The notes beneath the pieces were generated by a model, which was not told the origin of the DNA, did no database searches, and was given only the letters and a program-made list of their open reading frames with translations. From the human T2T-CHM13v2.0 reference genome, Homo sapiens, in the NCBI RefSeq assembly GCF_009914755.1, contig NC_060928.1: a DNA stretch of 64,000 nt; one strand, written 5' to 3'. Below are positions 47,190 through 64,000 of this stretch, in pieces. Numbering within the stretch: position 1 is the stretch's first letter; each line of letters begins with the position of its first letter. Made by a program: the position numbers and the translations under genes.

Positions 47190-47900
47190 GGAGGATGTGA
47201 GTATATGAGGAGACTTACGTCGTTCTCATGACAGCGAGTGAGGGGTGCAGTTATACCTTGTGTCCTTGGGCTCCTCCAGTCTCTTTGACAGGTTTCTCAT
47301 CTGTCTGACTTCTGCTCCCTCTGCTGGAACTCACTGTCAGGTTTCTTAGGGCTTCATCAAGGCCTAATGATGAGCTCTAATTCCCAAGGCAGTACCTCAG
47401 CCCTTGCTGGTATTGTGAACTTTCTCAGGAACCTCTGCTATATCTTCCATCCACGCCAGGAATAAGCAACCCATTCCTATCCTCTAATCACCGCAGTTGG
47501 ATCATATCACCTCAAATAGTTTCACTTGGAGCAGGGTCATGCAGGAACACAGGATTCCACTTACACTTCATACGTACAGCAAGCAACTCAAGAATAATTA
47601 CATCTCTTCTTCAGCCTAACCATGTTGAGTCCCAAAATTTAGGTTTTTTGTAACCTCAGAGACGAAATCTCCTTCCAGAGTTCCACAACCTAGAGACTCT
47701 AAAGTGCTCCCAGCCTTGGTAATTGCTTCAACTTACACAAGATGCCTCCTCCTGTCCAAGACAAAGTCTGAAAATAGGAGACTGGGTGTACCAGATTTTT
47801 CAGCCCTTCACTCATCTGCCTTTCTCTCCCTTTATCTCTCAAAATTCCTTGTGACCAAAGGACAGGTTCTGCACTATCTATCTACTGCTTTTACATCAAT
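47190..47900. mobile_element. Possible ancient LTR, family uncertain
   Basis: Island of higher GC with LTR-like texture (ctgtctgacttctgctccctctg, gggcttcatcaag); not firmly recognised. Confidence 0.3.
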
Positions 47901-48525
47901 GCATTACATGGAATGTAAAGATAGGAATGATTCTCCCTATCATTGGTACCAACCTATGAGGACTATCACTGAAGCTGAAAGGTGAGTCTTCTCCATGTTT
48001 AGGAAAGAATTTTCAAAGTGTGAGCCATTGATGTTTCCGCATTGGTATGTTAAGCAAATTTAGAAAATATCCACTCCAAAGTTTTCCTTCCAAACCAGTT
48101 TTCTTATGGAAATATTGTCTTTTGGTCTTTAGAAATTCAACATTAATTCTATCTTAATCTTTGCAAACTGCTATAAGATTACTAATGCTACCTACTCATC
48201 TTCTAAAGCTAAGAGAAACTAGTTTATCTAAAGAACGTATAAACAGAAAGTCAAAGAGAAAACCATAATAATATAATCAAAATACCACCCAGGTATTTGA
48301 AAACATCATAAGGTTGTGCAAAGAAGTCTCAACATGGGAAAATTTTATTATTTTCTCATCTTTAGTAGAGATAAACCAGTTTAAACATTTGCAAAAATAG
48401 ATTTTCCATGAATCTCACCGTGTCACTGGACGAAAACAAAGGTTATTTTTCTTACTACATTGAATGCTGTAATAAGACACCTAGTCTAATCATAACCTCG
48501 ATGACATAAAAAATAGTAGGATTTA

Positions 48526-48866
<341 letters not shown>

Positions 48867-49870
48867 TTAGAATATATCACCAAATGGCCATTATGGGAAA
48901 AGGCTTCCTTCTCTAATTGAAAGCAAAGGTAATCTTTCCACATGCCTGGCAGCTTTTAAAACATCCAAGATCACAATGGTGGACAGAAACATATGTAGCC
49001 CCGTGTAGGACACTTCTCTGCTGATATTATATAATCTTAGATTGTAACTAATTTCCAGCAATGGGTAAATTTTCAATACTTAAAAATTAAAATACGTTTT
49101 TTGAAGACTTGTCTCGTATGCAGTGTTCATCCTGTTTTCTTATAGAGACGTGACTGAAAATAACTTAAGGAACAACCTTTCTTCTACATTTCCAAGGCTC
49201 TAAGTATAACGATAAAATGGAAATACAGCATTGTCCTAATTTATTTTTAATCTTTTCCTATGATTTATTATGTAGGACACTGGACAATCCCTAGAGAGCT
49301 AGAATTCTGCACTACAGCATATTCAACATTGCCATTTATTCATTTAAGTCTATATTTCTTTTTTTTAAAGTCTATATTTCCGAAGTTGCAGTATCTAATA
49401 TTTCCAGGAAGTTCTCATAGTTTTAGTGTTTGTTGAGTGGAAACTCCACTGTGTGGTCTTTCAGTTGCAAAAATTTCCAGTTTTATGGAGAAATATCAGT
49501 AACAATTTAATTTCCTTCTGTTTTGTGAGCATCTTTTCTGTGAATATCTTTCATTAACAAAATGTTTCCAATAATCACATCACATTTTTGAATGCTGCTT
49601 TTGATTTATGAAGACTGAAGGCAGATGACGAGTTAATTGAAAGAAAGAGCAAAGGGTATGGGGGAAAAATTATATGATAGAGAGCTCAGTGACTACTAGC
49701 TGTGTAAGAAAATGAAAAATGTGCAGATTAACTCATCTATTTCTATTAGGCTCATTTATTAAAGCTGTAGCAAACTGTTTACCCTGCTGGTTAGCTCTTG
49801 CAAGAGTAACTCTGATCCCATGAATGTCAGCACTTGCCCTCCAGGTTTCCTCAGCTTTCAGCACAGATAC

Positions 49871-49885
49871 CTTTCTTGTCCAGCT
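49871..49885 (-). other. Candidate 15-nt microexon AGCTGGACAAGAAAG
   Basis: Minus strand: ~28-nt pyrimidine tract, TGC, tttgaag|15 nt|gtatct; inferred from splice motifs only. Confidence 0.35.
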
Positions 49886-50744
49886 CTTCAAAGCAAAGAA
49901 AAGAAGAAAGGAAAAGGAAAAAAGCATCCAGTGGGAGATCACAACATCCTCCACAGGGAATCCCTCCTGCGATCTGCTGACTGTAAGAACATGTTGAGAC
50001 GGTGCTCAGTATGCCATAATCCATTCTGAATGTGACTGGAACCTTCTGTGCAAAGTAAGCCAAAGTTCAGTCTGATGTCAACACAGAAGGGAAACAGAAT
50101 CCATATTTTGCATCTCTGTCAAACAATTAGTTGTCACCTATAATTTCTTATTGTCAAAGGGCGAATTCATTCTTTCTTAAGAATTTTCTTGTTTTGTCAG
50201 CTGAGTAACAGCAAGGCAAAATATTCACCTAAAGGCACTTCAGCAATTTTAATTTGTTATTTCAGTCCTTGTAAAATAACAAGTTTCAGCCTCAAGAACC
50301 TGAGACTGTTTTTGGAGTAGTGTTCCAGATGATCTTATCTCTAGAGAAATCTCAAGGAAACTTAAGCAGTTTCATAGTCACCTTAAGGCATAATCAAATG
50401 GAACTATATTCTTATGCCATTCATGGTTTTTCTAGGTCCGCTTCATCTAAGCCCATTTACAGAGGGTCTGTTTTATTACCAAAGCTTAGTGAGTCTATTA
50501 AGAGAACCAATTAAATTTTAGATAAATGTGTATGTATGAGACAAATGTAAATGACTGATACATTGATCACAAGATGTTTATCCAACAGATTGAAACATTA
50601 CTTTTTCTATGTTTCATATCACCTCCATGTGTTAATTTCCCTTGTAGTCCATGTAGAATTCCTTAACCCAAACTACATAATTTCTCACATTAAGTATTTC
50701 AATAGCCTGCCATTGAGTCTGCCTTCTTCATCTCCTCTCTTGTA

Positions 50745-51260
50745 TTAATGTCCCACACCTTCATTCTGATGCTACCTTTCGCTTTCTAAAATAAAGTGGT
50801 GATCATGTCACTTTCCTGCTGAACTTTCTCTGGATTTTCGTTTCATACAAAACGAAGTTCAAACAACTCACCATTCAAATATATTTGGAGACTCTTTCAA
50901 CTACATTTTCAGGTTCATCTACTCCTTCAGTGTCATGCCCACTTACAAACTCTACTCCTTATAATGTAAAATACACTCTAGCTGCTGCCAGTTACCCAAC
51001 ACAATCCAGTAAAAGAAGATAATTTCTACCTCTGTGTTGCTGCACATATTCTACATACCTAAAATATCAACTACAATCTCACACTGAAAGTTGCTTCCCT
51101 TACAAATATTATCACATCCCTCCCTGATGACTCCAAGTGGAATTTATTTCTCCCACTACTATGCCTACTTACAAGACAATTCTTTATTTAGAGACACTTA
51201 ATTCCCATAGACTCTGATCTCCTCAATCAAGGGTTTCATTTTATTCAAGCTTTTTAAAAT
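50745..51260 (+). mobile_element. L2 remnant
   Basis: tttctaaaat...tgatcatgtcactttcctgct L2 3' motif. Confidence 0.6.
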
Positions 51261-54200
51261 AGGAATTATATAAATTTTTGAACTATCCATTAAATAAAAT
51301 CATAAAATAATCTAGTAAAATAATATCTGATATTCTTCCCTATGGATTTATCCATCACAAAGTAGCAATACTATTGGCTCCTTCATTGTAAGGCGATGTC
51401 ATTTTCCATTAACACTTTAAACATAATTGCTGAATATATTGCTATAATTCCATTGATATAAGTAAATTACAATCATACCAGCTGTGGTAAACAGACACAG
51501 GAGCTTTGCTAAAATCTTATTATTTGATTGTAAATGAATTACGTTGAAATGAAACAGTATAGTAGTTCAGGTTAACTGCATTTTAGACTTATTTGTGACA
51601 GCATGACATGGTTTTACCTGAATAACACAGTTTTCACCTATCACAGGGCACTATTAAGAACATCTACATGAAACAGTGAGCATATGTATTATGGTTTCGT
51701 ATCCAATTTTTTACGTATGTAAACCTGATCCCCTTGAAAAGGAGCTTTCATAATAACTAGTACATTAAAGAAAAAGTTTCTTTATTCTTAGAATTGTACA
51801 TTTATATTGTTTACTTTTATTTAAAAACAAGGAATTCATTCTATTAATATACAACAAAAGCATGCCAGATAGCAGTAATTGTTTCACCAAATAATGGTAT
51901 GCTTTTTAAAAAATAATTAATTTCCTGAATTCTAAATTATTTATATTATTTCAGTTATAACTAAGGATGAGGTATACAATACAATCTTTCTCTGCCACTT
52001 TAACTACCAAATGGATATCATTTGTTATAAGTTTAAGGATACTTGAACAGCTGAAAACTGTTGCAAAGGCTTTTATGAAGGTGCTTTAGAAAGCAAAGTC
52101 ATTGACACAAAAAAAAGGCAAATCTTTGAAATGCTTACATAATGAAAAAGAATTTAAATTATAGGAAAGACAATCAATATTAAAACAATTAAACATGGAT
52201 TTTTTAAAGGCATTATACAATCTCCCTGTTTCAACCAACAACTAAAATCAGTGACAGTGAAAAGTAGCAAACAAAATTACGGTTCTATTTGCTATTTGAT
52301 TTCATTAACATATCTCAATCGATTTTGCAAATCAAACTTCCTCATGTCATCTCTTAAGTGGAACATATTTTAGTGATTATTCGTTTCTAACCAGCCCATA
52401 GATTCTTGTAGGCTCAAAATCTTTTAGTTTCATTCACCTTTGAATGCATTTCAGTTGCATAAGTTTAGGAAAAATATTTAAAGGTAAGACTTAAAAATAA
52501 ATGTGTATATTACTTAGTTATTTAAGTGAAAGAACTCTAAAATCAGTATAAAGAATTGAAGGAATTTATTATTTTATCATTATAAGTTATCTTCAAGAAC
52601 TGTACAAGCAAGAGAGTTTGAGATGAAAATCAAGATTCTCTTTCAAATTAATTCTGTTTCAAATGAATTAATGCTGCAAGTTGGATTTAAAGTACAAAAA
52701 TGTTATCACCATCAAGTAACATTTAATAAGCATTTAAGAGAACATGAAGCTTCTCTTTTGATTATATTGAAATTCTTCATAAAAAGCAATCTACTTTCAG
52801 GATCCAGTACTAAAAGAGCCTATTATTATAGCAAATGTGAGTAAATTGAATAACAATCAATAAGCAAATAAACAAAAAGTAAGGAAGATATAGCTGCATT
52901 AGGTTAAAGCAAGAAATACCGTAGAACAATTATCAGTAATAAATAAGAGTTTCAAGCTTGAACAAAATAAGTATTTAACATTTCAAAATGTAATTAGGCA
53001 TTATCTGTGCATTTGAGACCCTGGATATGAGGTCCACATGTGTTTAAGCAGGAAATAGACCTTTCATTCATTCAAAAGACAGAGAAAATCAAATTACATT
53101 ATAATTTGCACAAACCAGGACATTTCTCACTCCTAATAATTTTAATAGTTCCAGCAGGTCAACAAGAACTTTTGCAAAGTTGGTCAGGTTATCAGAGTTG
53201 AACACTTCTGAAAGTACAATTTGTCTTTTTACCAGTTTCATGTATTATCTATTTCTGCATTGTAAACTGGAAATATTCTGATTGCCTTCTGGTACACTAA
53301 TATTTCTTCATCATTTCCCTTACACTTGATTAAATGGCATGTTCATCAACATTTTTTAAAGCTTATTTGTTATTACAGTTCAGTTAACAACCCATTTTAG
53401 GGATGGATAAAATGAGGAATAAGAATGCGGAGTCAATCAGATAAATTCAGTCAACTTGTTCAAAACTTGGAATCAGAACTTAAGTTTAAAAAACGGAAGA
53501 AAAGTATTAGGCCCAAGATCAGCCCAGCTTAGCAAATAGAAAGAGTAGTCAGCCATGAACACAATATGATATATTAATCATTTATATTTTTGAGAATAAT
53601 TAAATCCAATTAATGGCTAAGAAATACTTTTTTTATGACAGAGTGAAGCTGGGAGGGGAGGTTTGGAGAGAAATGAGATATTGAGCTCCTTCACTCTTCT
53701 ACTCATAAATAAAGGTAGAAGAGTCAGTTGAGGCTTCTTCACAATTGTCTCAAGTTTTGTGTTTCAGAGCCATAGTATAATTGGTTCTCAAATACTTTCT
53801 AATTCCTTTTCTGTATACTCATCTGTACAGATCATTTTTTAATGTGAACCTTTCCAATGTCTTTCTACTTCACACCTGCATCCATCACTGGCAACATATA
53901 TCTGATTTTCTTTCTGGATTACTTTACTAAAGTGTTAACTATTTGTTTTATTGCATATGTTTCGGGGTGACCTTCTTTTACACTCCTTCTTTTGTTTTTT
54001 TTTTCCTGCAGCTGAGACTATTTTTAAATCAACAATAAGCCAGGCTGGGATCATCCTCACCTTCACTTTCATAGGATTTAAGTGTCTCTCGTTGTACAAT
54101 CATAGGATTCAGCCACCCTTGCTTTTAAACAAGTTCTTAAGCTCTAGTTCTGACTTATTTGTGAAATCATCTTTTAAAATACCAACAAGAGGCTATTTAT

Positions 54201-55469
54201 ATAGACACTATGTCTAAATTTTTCGTATAATTATGTTTAGGTCTTATATTTTAAAATTATATAATAACTTATGTGTTGTTTTCACATAATAAAATATATA
54301 TTTTTAATTTATATTATCAATTTTAAAGACAGATATTATATTTCTTCATAATAATATACAAACATTACCCTAAGTCAAATAATTTAAACAATATTGCCGT
54401 AAATGCTTAGAGGGATGCTGTAAAATTTATCCAACTTCTATTTGAACACATTCATTATTCCCTTCCCATCACATATGCTCATAATTTTTTGAATAACTAT
54501 GGAGTCTAGCTTTGTGTCTAAAGTTTTTAATCTCAAATTCTCAAATTCTTTTCAACGAAAAAATGATAATAATGACAACAGTGTCAGACACAATAGTAAA
54601 TCTTCAATATCAAATTCTCCATAACTGAAAAAAGGGATTATATCTACTTTGTTACCCAAGTTTTCCTCTATTTTGTTGATATCCTAATGTAAAGGATGTT
54701 ATAACATTAATCTCAAATTGTAAAAGTGGAGAATAATGAAAAATAGTGTTATATCTCATCCTATGAAGTTCTTATAAATGTTTAGTAAAACAGCAAAACG
54801 AAATTCAGCTTTAAATGTAACTATAATCAAAAGTTACACATTTCAACTAGATTCTCACAAGTCTAATAAGAGCAAACTTCTGCATTTGAAACAATATGAA
54901 ATAGAGATTAATGTTGCCAAGATGTTGTTAATAAATTTGTAGATTCCAATTTAATAAAAAAAATTTAAAACGGAGAGGTAGGGAATTATATTCAAGCATT
55001 TTCAACATTTAATATCCAATATAGTTGAAAGCGCCTGGAGCAAATGTGAGTATATAAACATACTGATAGTATTTCTAACTTAGCCTGTCCCTGGAGACTT
55101 CGATAAAAGTCAGACAACATACTTTAGGACAAATACGCTAAAGAATGGGAAATTAACTTCTTATGATTCTCATTTTTAAAAATCCTTTTGCTTGAAGTAT
55201 ACCTTTCAAAAACCAAAAGCATTATGTCACATAGAGTATGTACTTTACTCACAGGATATCTTCATCCATAATTTTTGATGAAATCCACCTAAGTTCTGTC
55301 TTATTTTATGGAAAAGACTTTTGATCATTGCCTATTGTCAGGTTCTTAGATGGGAATATCTCAAAGTTTTAGAAATAAAAGTGAGTCTGAAATGGAAGTT
55401 ATTCTTAATCCGACTGAAGAAAAATTATAGTAATATTATTAAGAAATTGAGCTTTCATGTACGTACCAC

Positions 55470-55665
55470 TTTCTATAAGGCAGTCATTGTTCTGAGTGCA
55501 TTACAAATACACTCAATTTAATTTTATCATAACTATGTGAGGCAAACTATTATTATTCACAATTTACAGATGAAGAAATTCACAGACAGCATAGAACTAG
55601 TAAGTGATTACAGATCTGACCTAGGGAGTTTGGCTCTAGAGGCCATGAGCCTGCTCACTACACAG
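55470..55665 (-). mobile_element. MIR
   Basis: ataactatgtgagg...aatttacagatgaagaaa...gagtttggctctaga. Confidence 0.7.
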
Positions 55666-56399
55666 CTCAGTTTCTCATTATGAAAAACTACAGATAGCTA
55701 GGAAAAATAAAAATCGCTGCCTGCATGTGAGTAAAACACCAAGCCACATACATTTTATTACATATCATAAACTCCACAAAGCACTTTATCTCTTTCTCTC
55801 TTAAGACACTTATTTCACTCTACCTAGTATTATAAATATTTTTTTACATAAATTCTCTCACATAAGTTTATATCAAGACTCTATATTCCCTGACATAAAA
55901 ACTGTGCCTGGTTTTTTTAATCTTTCAAAATCCTAGTACAGTCTTCCATATTCTTTAAACATTCATTAAGCATATTTGCATAATAGAACAAAAATGTCTC
56001 CTGCATCAGGAAATTGGGTAAAACAAAAATTTACTTAACAAAATGAACTACTGATCTGGATTAAATTTTGACTCTCCATATAACAAATGATTCTTCATAT
56101 AACTCCCTCCTCTTGCCAAAAATAAAAATAAAAATAGATATCAGTCCTTTGAAATATCAACCCCCACTGAGAGAATTCAACCCATGAGAACTGAGAAAAA
56201 TTAAATATAAAATTTTAGCCTGTGGTATTGTTTTCAATTCTTTCAAATTTTACTAACTTACAACCTATTTTATTTAAAATTCAGCATGCTTTCACTTAGC
56301 CACTGATTTCTAGTCTTTCTAATTTAACTGGTTTAAAAATTTTTAGCAGCCATGGAATTTATGCAACAATTGTAGTTTTAGCATTTTGTAATGAAAAGA

Positions 56400-56885
56400 A
56401 AGGAAAATGGCTGAAACCAAAATCAGAGAATGACCCAGATCATAAAGGTGAGAAGCATCAGACATGTTCATGTTACATTTGCCCTATCTAAGGGAGTAAT
56501 AGGAAATAATAATGGAGAAATGGTAGAAATCAGGGATAGATATAGATTTGTAATTTACCCTCATTTGAATGATTGTTGAAGCCATAGAAAAGAATTTAAT
56601 GAAAAGAAGAATGGAAAATAAAGAAAAGTGAAAAAAGATGAGGATAGAATATTGAGTAGTGACTATGCATCCTGGCTTAGGATAGGGGTGTGAAATGCAA
56701 AGGAAAGGGAGAAATAGGAAAAGAACTCGTTGACATAACTAGCACAGATAATTTTAAAGAAAGCAAAAGAACAAGAATTTCAGGAAATAGGGAATAATCA
56801 AACTTCAAGTACTGTGGATGGTTCAATAAGAATTAAAAAATGAAAGAAGTCTTCAATTTTGGTGACGAAAACAGTTCTTAGTGAC
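56400..56885 (-). mobile_element. L2 remnant, apparently continuing at 61861 beyond the L1
   Basis: Purine-rich antisense L2 (tttcaggaa...ggttcaataag...ttagtgac | ataagacggttt). Confidence 0.5.
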
Positions 56886-57110
56886 AACAGAACTTTTTTT
56901 TTTTTAATTATACTTTAAGTTCTAGGGTACAAGTGCACAACGTGCAGGTTTGTTGCATATGTATACATGTGCCATGTTGGTGTGCTGCACCCATTGACTC
57001 ATCATTTACATTAGGTATATTTCCTAATGTTATCCTTCCCCCCTCCCCCAACCCCACGACAGGCCCTGGTGTGTGATGTTCCCCTTCCTGTGTCCAAGTG
57101 TTCTCATTGT

Positions 57111-60888
<3,778 letters not shown>

Positions 60889-60958
60889 TGACATCCACAC
60901 CAAAACCCCATCTGTATGTCACCATCATCAAAGACCAAAGGTAGATAAAACCACAAAG

Positions 60959-61860
60959 ATGGGGAAAAAACGGACCAGAAAAGCTGAAAATTCTAAAAAT
61001 CAGAGTCCCTCTCCCTCTCCAAGGGAACGCAGCTCCTCATCAGCAACGGAAGAAAGCTGGACGGAGAATGACTTTGATGACTTGTGAGAAGAAGGCTTCA
61101 GATGATCAAACTTCTCTGAGCTAAAGGAGGAAGTTGGAACCCATTGCAAAGAAGCTAAAAACCTTGAAAAAAGATTAGACAAATGGCTAACTAGAATAAC
61201 CAGTGTAGAGAAGTCCTTAAATGACCTGATGGAGCTGAAATGGCATGAGAACTACATGACAAATGCACAAACTTCAGTAGCCGATTTGATCAACTGGAAG
61301 AAAGGGTATCAGTGATAGAAGATCAAATGAATGAAATGAAGTGAGAAGTTTAGAGAAAAAAAGAGTAAAAAGAAATGAACAAAGCCTCCAAGAAATATGG
61401 GACTATGTGAAAAGACCAAATCTACATCTGATTGGTATACCTGAAAGTGATGGGGAGAATGGAACCAAGTTGGAAAACACTCTGCAGGATATTACCTAGG
61501 AGAACTTCCCCAACCTAGCAAGGCAGGCCAACATTCAAATTCAAGAAATACAGAGAATGCCACAAAGATACTCCTCGAGAAGAGCAACTCCAAAACAAAT
61601 AAGTGTCAGATTCACCAAAGTTGAAATGAAGGAAAAAATGTTAAGGGCAGCCAGAGAGAAAGGTCGGGTTACCCACAAAGGGAAGCCCATCAGACTAATA
61701 GCGGATTTCTCCACAGAAACTCTACAAGCCAGAAGAGAGTGGGGTCCAATATTCAACATTCTTAAAGAAAAGAATTTTCAACCCAGAATGTCATACCCAG
61801 ACAAACTAAGCTTCATAAGTGAAGGAGAAATAAAATCCTTTACAGACAAGCAAATGCTGA
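60959..61860 (+). pseudogene. L1 ORF1p, disrupted and 3'-truncated
   Basis: ATG GGG AAA AAA at 60959 with an early TGA; later fragment MPQRYSSRRATP...AAREKG...ARREWGPIF. Confidence 0.93.
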
Positions 61861-62609
61861 ATAAGACGGTTTTATTTGAATTGAGGAAGCTAAACTATGG
61901 CCGGTAAGGAAGAAAAATTGTATAAATACAAGAAAGCAAAATCATATGGCCATATTTTTAAAGAAATTTGGAAATAAAAGAAAAGATAGTGGCTGAGTGG
62001 TTCATTAACTTAGAAGTTTGCAAGATCATGGTCTGATCATTGATAACTATTGTTAAAACTTTTAGCAGAAGGAAAGTTATTTCAACTCAAAAAATTAAAG
62101 CTATGAACACTTAAGTTTAAAGTCATCACAGTTTTCAAAATATCCCCAATAATTTACCTGTTGTACATTTTGATTCTGAAATACTTACAGAAATATTTTA
62201 CATTTATATTACACTTTGAATTTTACAGCAACTTTCCTGGTTTCAAAGCACTGTGATGCTTACAATAATCATATGAGTAAAAACGATGTGTAACCTTTTG
62301 TTTCCAAGTGGGGAAATATGTTTTCTGAGAAACCACTTGACTTTGCAGAATGAGAGGCATTGTTCAGGACAAACTCAGTACTAATCCTAGCACTAATTAT
62401 CTCTCCACTACAACCAGTAGGTTCCCAAGCAGTTGCCTTCAAAATTTATGACCAAGTAGTGACTTTGAAGATCCTAATAACCTAGGTATGTTTAAATGTA
62501 CAAAGGTAGGTGTCCCATCACTACAGTTCCTGACGCAATAAACAATTTCAATAGCAATCATTGGTCACTAGTTTCACACCCCTTTTCATTCACTATTCTT
62601 TCTCATAAA

Positions 62610-62755
62610 ACCATTACTTGAGTCGATATGGCAGTCTCTATTTTAGAACAGAAAGAAATAAACTGAGCCACTTGTGTTAAGTTCACAAAATAGGTCAGTG
62701 ACAGAGCTGGCACTAAAATTTAAAAATACCAAATCCTTATCCAGCTGCTTTAACT
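62610..62755 (-). mobile_element. MIR
   Basis: aaactgagccacttg...aagttcaca...ggtcagtgacagagctgg. Confidence 0.6.
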
Positions 62756-62909
62756 GAGTAACTCTATTTTTATAAAACTCATTCTACTTATTATAACAGG
62801 TTTATGGTGCTACAGACCTTATATAAGTACATATTCCACATGTATATGCATACACACTTATAAAATATTTGATTTTATATACTTGAATTATGAAATATTA
62901 TATTTTCAG

Positions 62910-62971
62910 TCAACTTGTAGGATAGAAAATTTCCTTTTCCTCAACTTGTAGTATAGAAAATTCCCTTTTAC
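62910..62971. repeat. 31-bp tandem duplication, 3 mismatches
   Basis: tcaacttgtaggatagaaaatttccttttcc / tcaacttgtagtatagaaaattcccttttac. Confidence 0.9.
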
Positions 62972-63135
62972 TTCCTATCTACAAAAAAAAAAAAAAAAAA
63001 AAAAAACAAGAACTGAAAAAGTTTCTCCTCATTTTTTTTTTAATTAAAAAAATACACCCTGTTCTAGACATGCCTTTGGTGTCCATGGAGCTATGCAAGC
63101 TCTTAGGTAATATATCGCAAAGTAAGAGGAGAAGT

Positions 63136-63187
63136 TTATAAATGTGATAGATCTAAGGAAATTATAAATGTGATAGATCTAAGGAAA
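63136..63187. repeat. Perfect 26-bp tandem duplication
   Basis: ttataaatgtgatagatctaaggaaa x2. Confidence 0.95.
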
Positions 63188-64000
63188 TAAAAGATAATTA
63201 TAGCTTAGATATCAAGCATCATTTCAGAATATAAACAATGTGAGTTCAGGTTGTCTGGCTTCTTATCACTACCTAAGGGGAAAGTAATGACCCCTGTAAA
63301 CATCTAGTACCCATGAAACTGTAACAAAATGTTGTTTAGAGATGTCTACTGATTGTGAAATTAACTTCATGGAAAATAACTTAATGTATATCGCACCAAA
63401 GACAGAGGAAGCATAAAATATATAATATTGCAGTTACAGGCTACATAAAATCTTATTGGCTCAGTGATAAATACTTGCACTCCAGCGATTTTACTGTTTT
63501 ACTGACTACCTTCTTTGGGAATGTTTACAAAATACATGGACAACTTATTAATCATTTTAAAATACAGTAATTTTAAATCTAGTAGCATGAAATTGTGTGC
63601 AAAGCAGTCACTCTGAAAAGTTTTTAATTAATGGGATAATTTTCCAGTCAAAAACTATCTTGCCTAAATAAAGTTCCCTGTATACAGAGAAAATATTTAC
63701 AAGGCACATGAAGACTAGAAGGCTCTTGTCCAGAAATTAATGTTATACAATAAAAAGTGTTTTTGCTTGTGATGCTAATCACATTTTAAAATACATTGGT
63801 GTTTATATTAAATATTGAATAGCAAGCTTTTATTATTTATGACAGATATCTGCATTTACTTCTTCTGGTTCCTGAATTTTTAAATATTTTTTGTGATTTT
63901 TAGTTCTTATTTCTGCCAATCAGATTCTACCGTGGTGTTACTGGTTCACAAGGATGTCAATGAGCTATTTAGTTTTCCATTTAATACTCATGTGATTAAT

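Noticed and set aside
63136-63187. Direct repeats as a CRISPR-like array
   Set aside because: Only two copies, no spacer, in a eukaryotic context

Overview
This is AT-rich, CpG-poor primate genomic DNA, almost certainly human because it carries a young AluYb8. It looks like an intergenic region or part of a very long intron. I see no credible host protein-coding exon, RNA gene or CpG island. All long ORFs in the track are disrupted LINE-1 ORF1/ORF2 pieces, and the rest are Alu/LTR read-through or chance ORFs. A large share of the window is interspersed repeat: L1PA, L1M, L2, MIR, Alu, MaLR/ERVL LTRs, MER1A and MADE1. Notable structure includes: (1) all three young L1PA insertions are 5'-inverted (twin-primed) with readable junction microhomology; (2) a CpG-intact AluYb8 with a perfect TSD, and an AluYd-lineage copy; (3) a nested MaLR cluster containing a fold-back template-switch inversion; (4) a candidate 15-nt neural-type microexon and a recursive-splice-like site on the minus strand; (5) a perfect hairpin and small tandem duplications. 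I found no convincing new biological system; the microexon is the best lead for hidden function. Repeat subfamily names are from recalled consensus sequences, not from a database search, and boundaries of old repeats are approximate.
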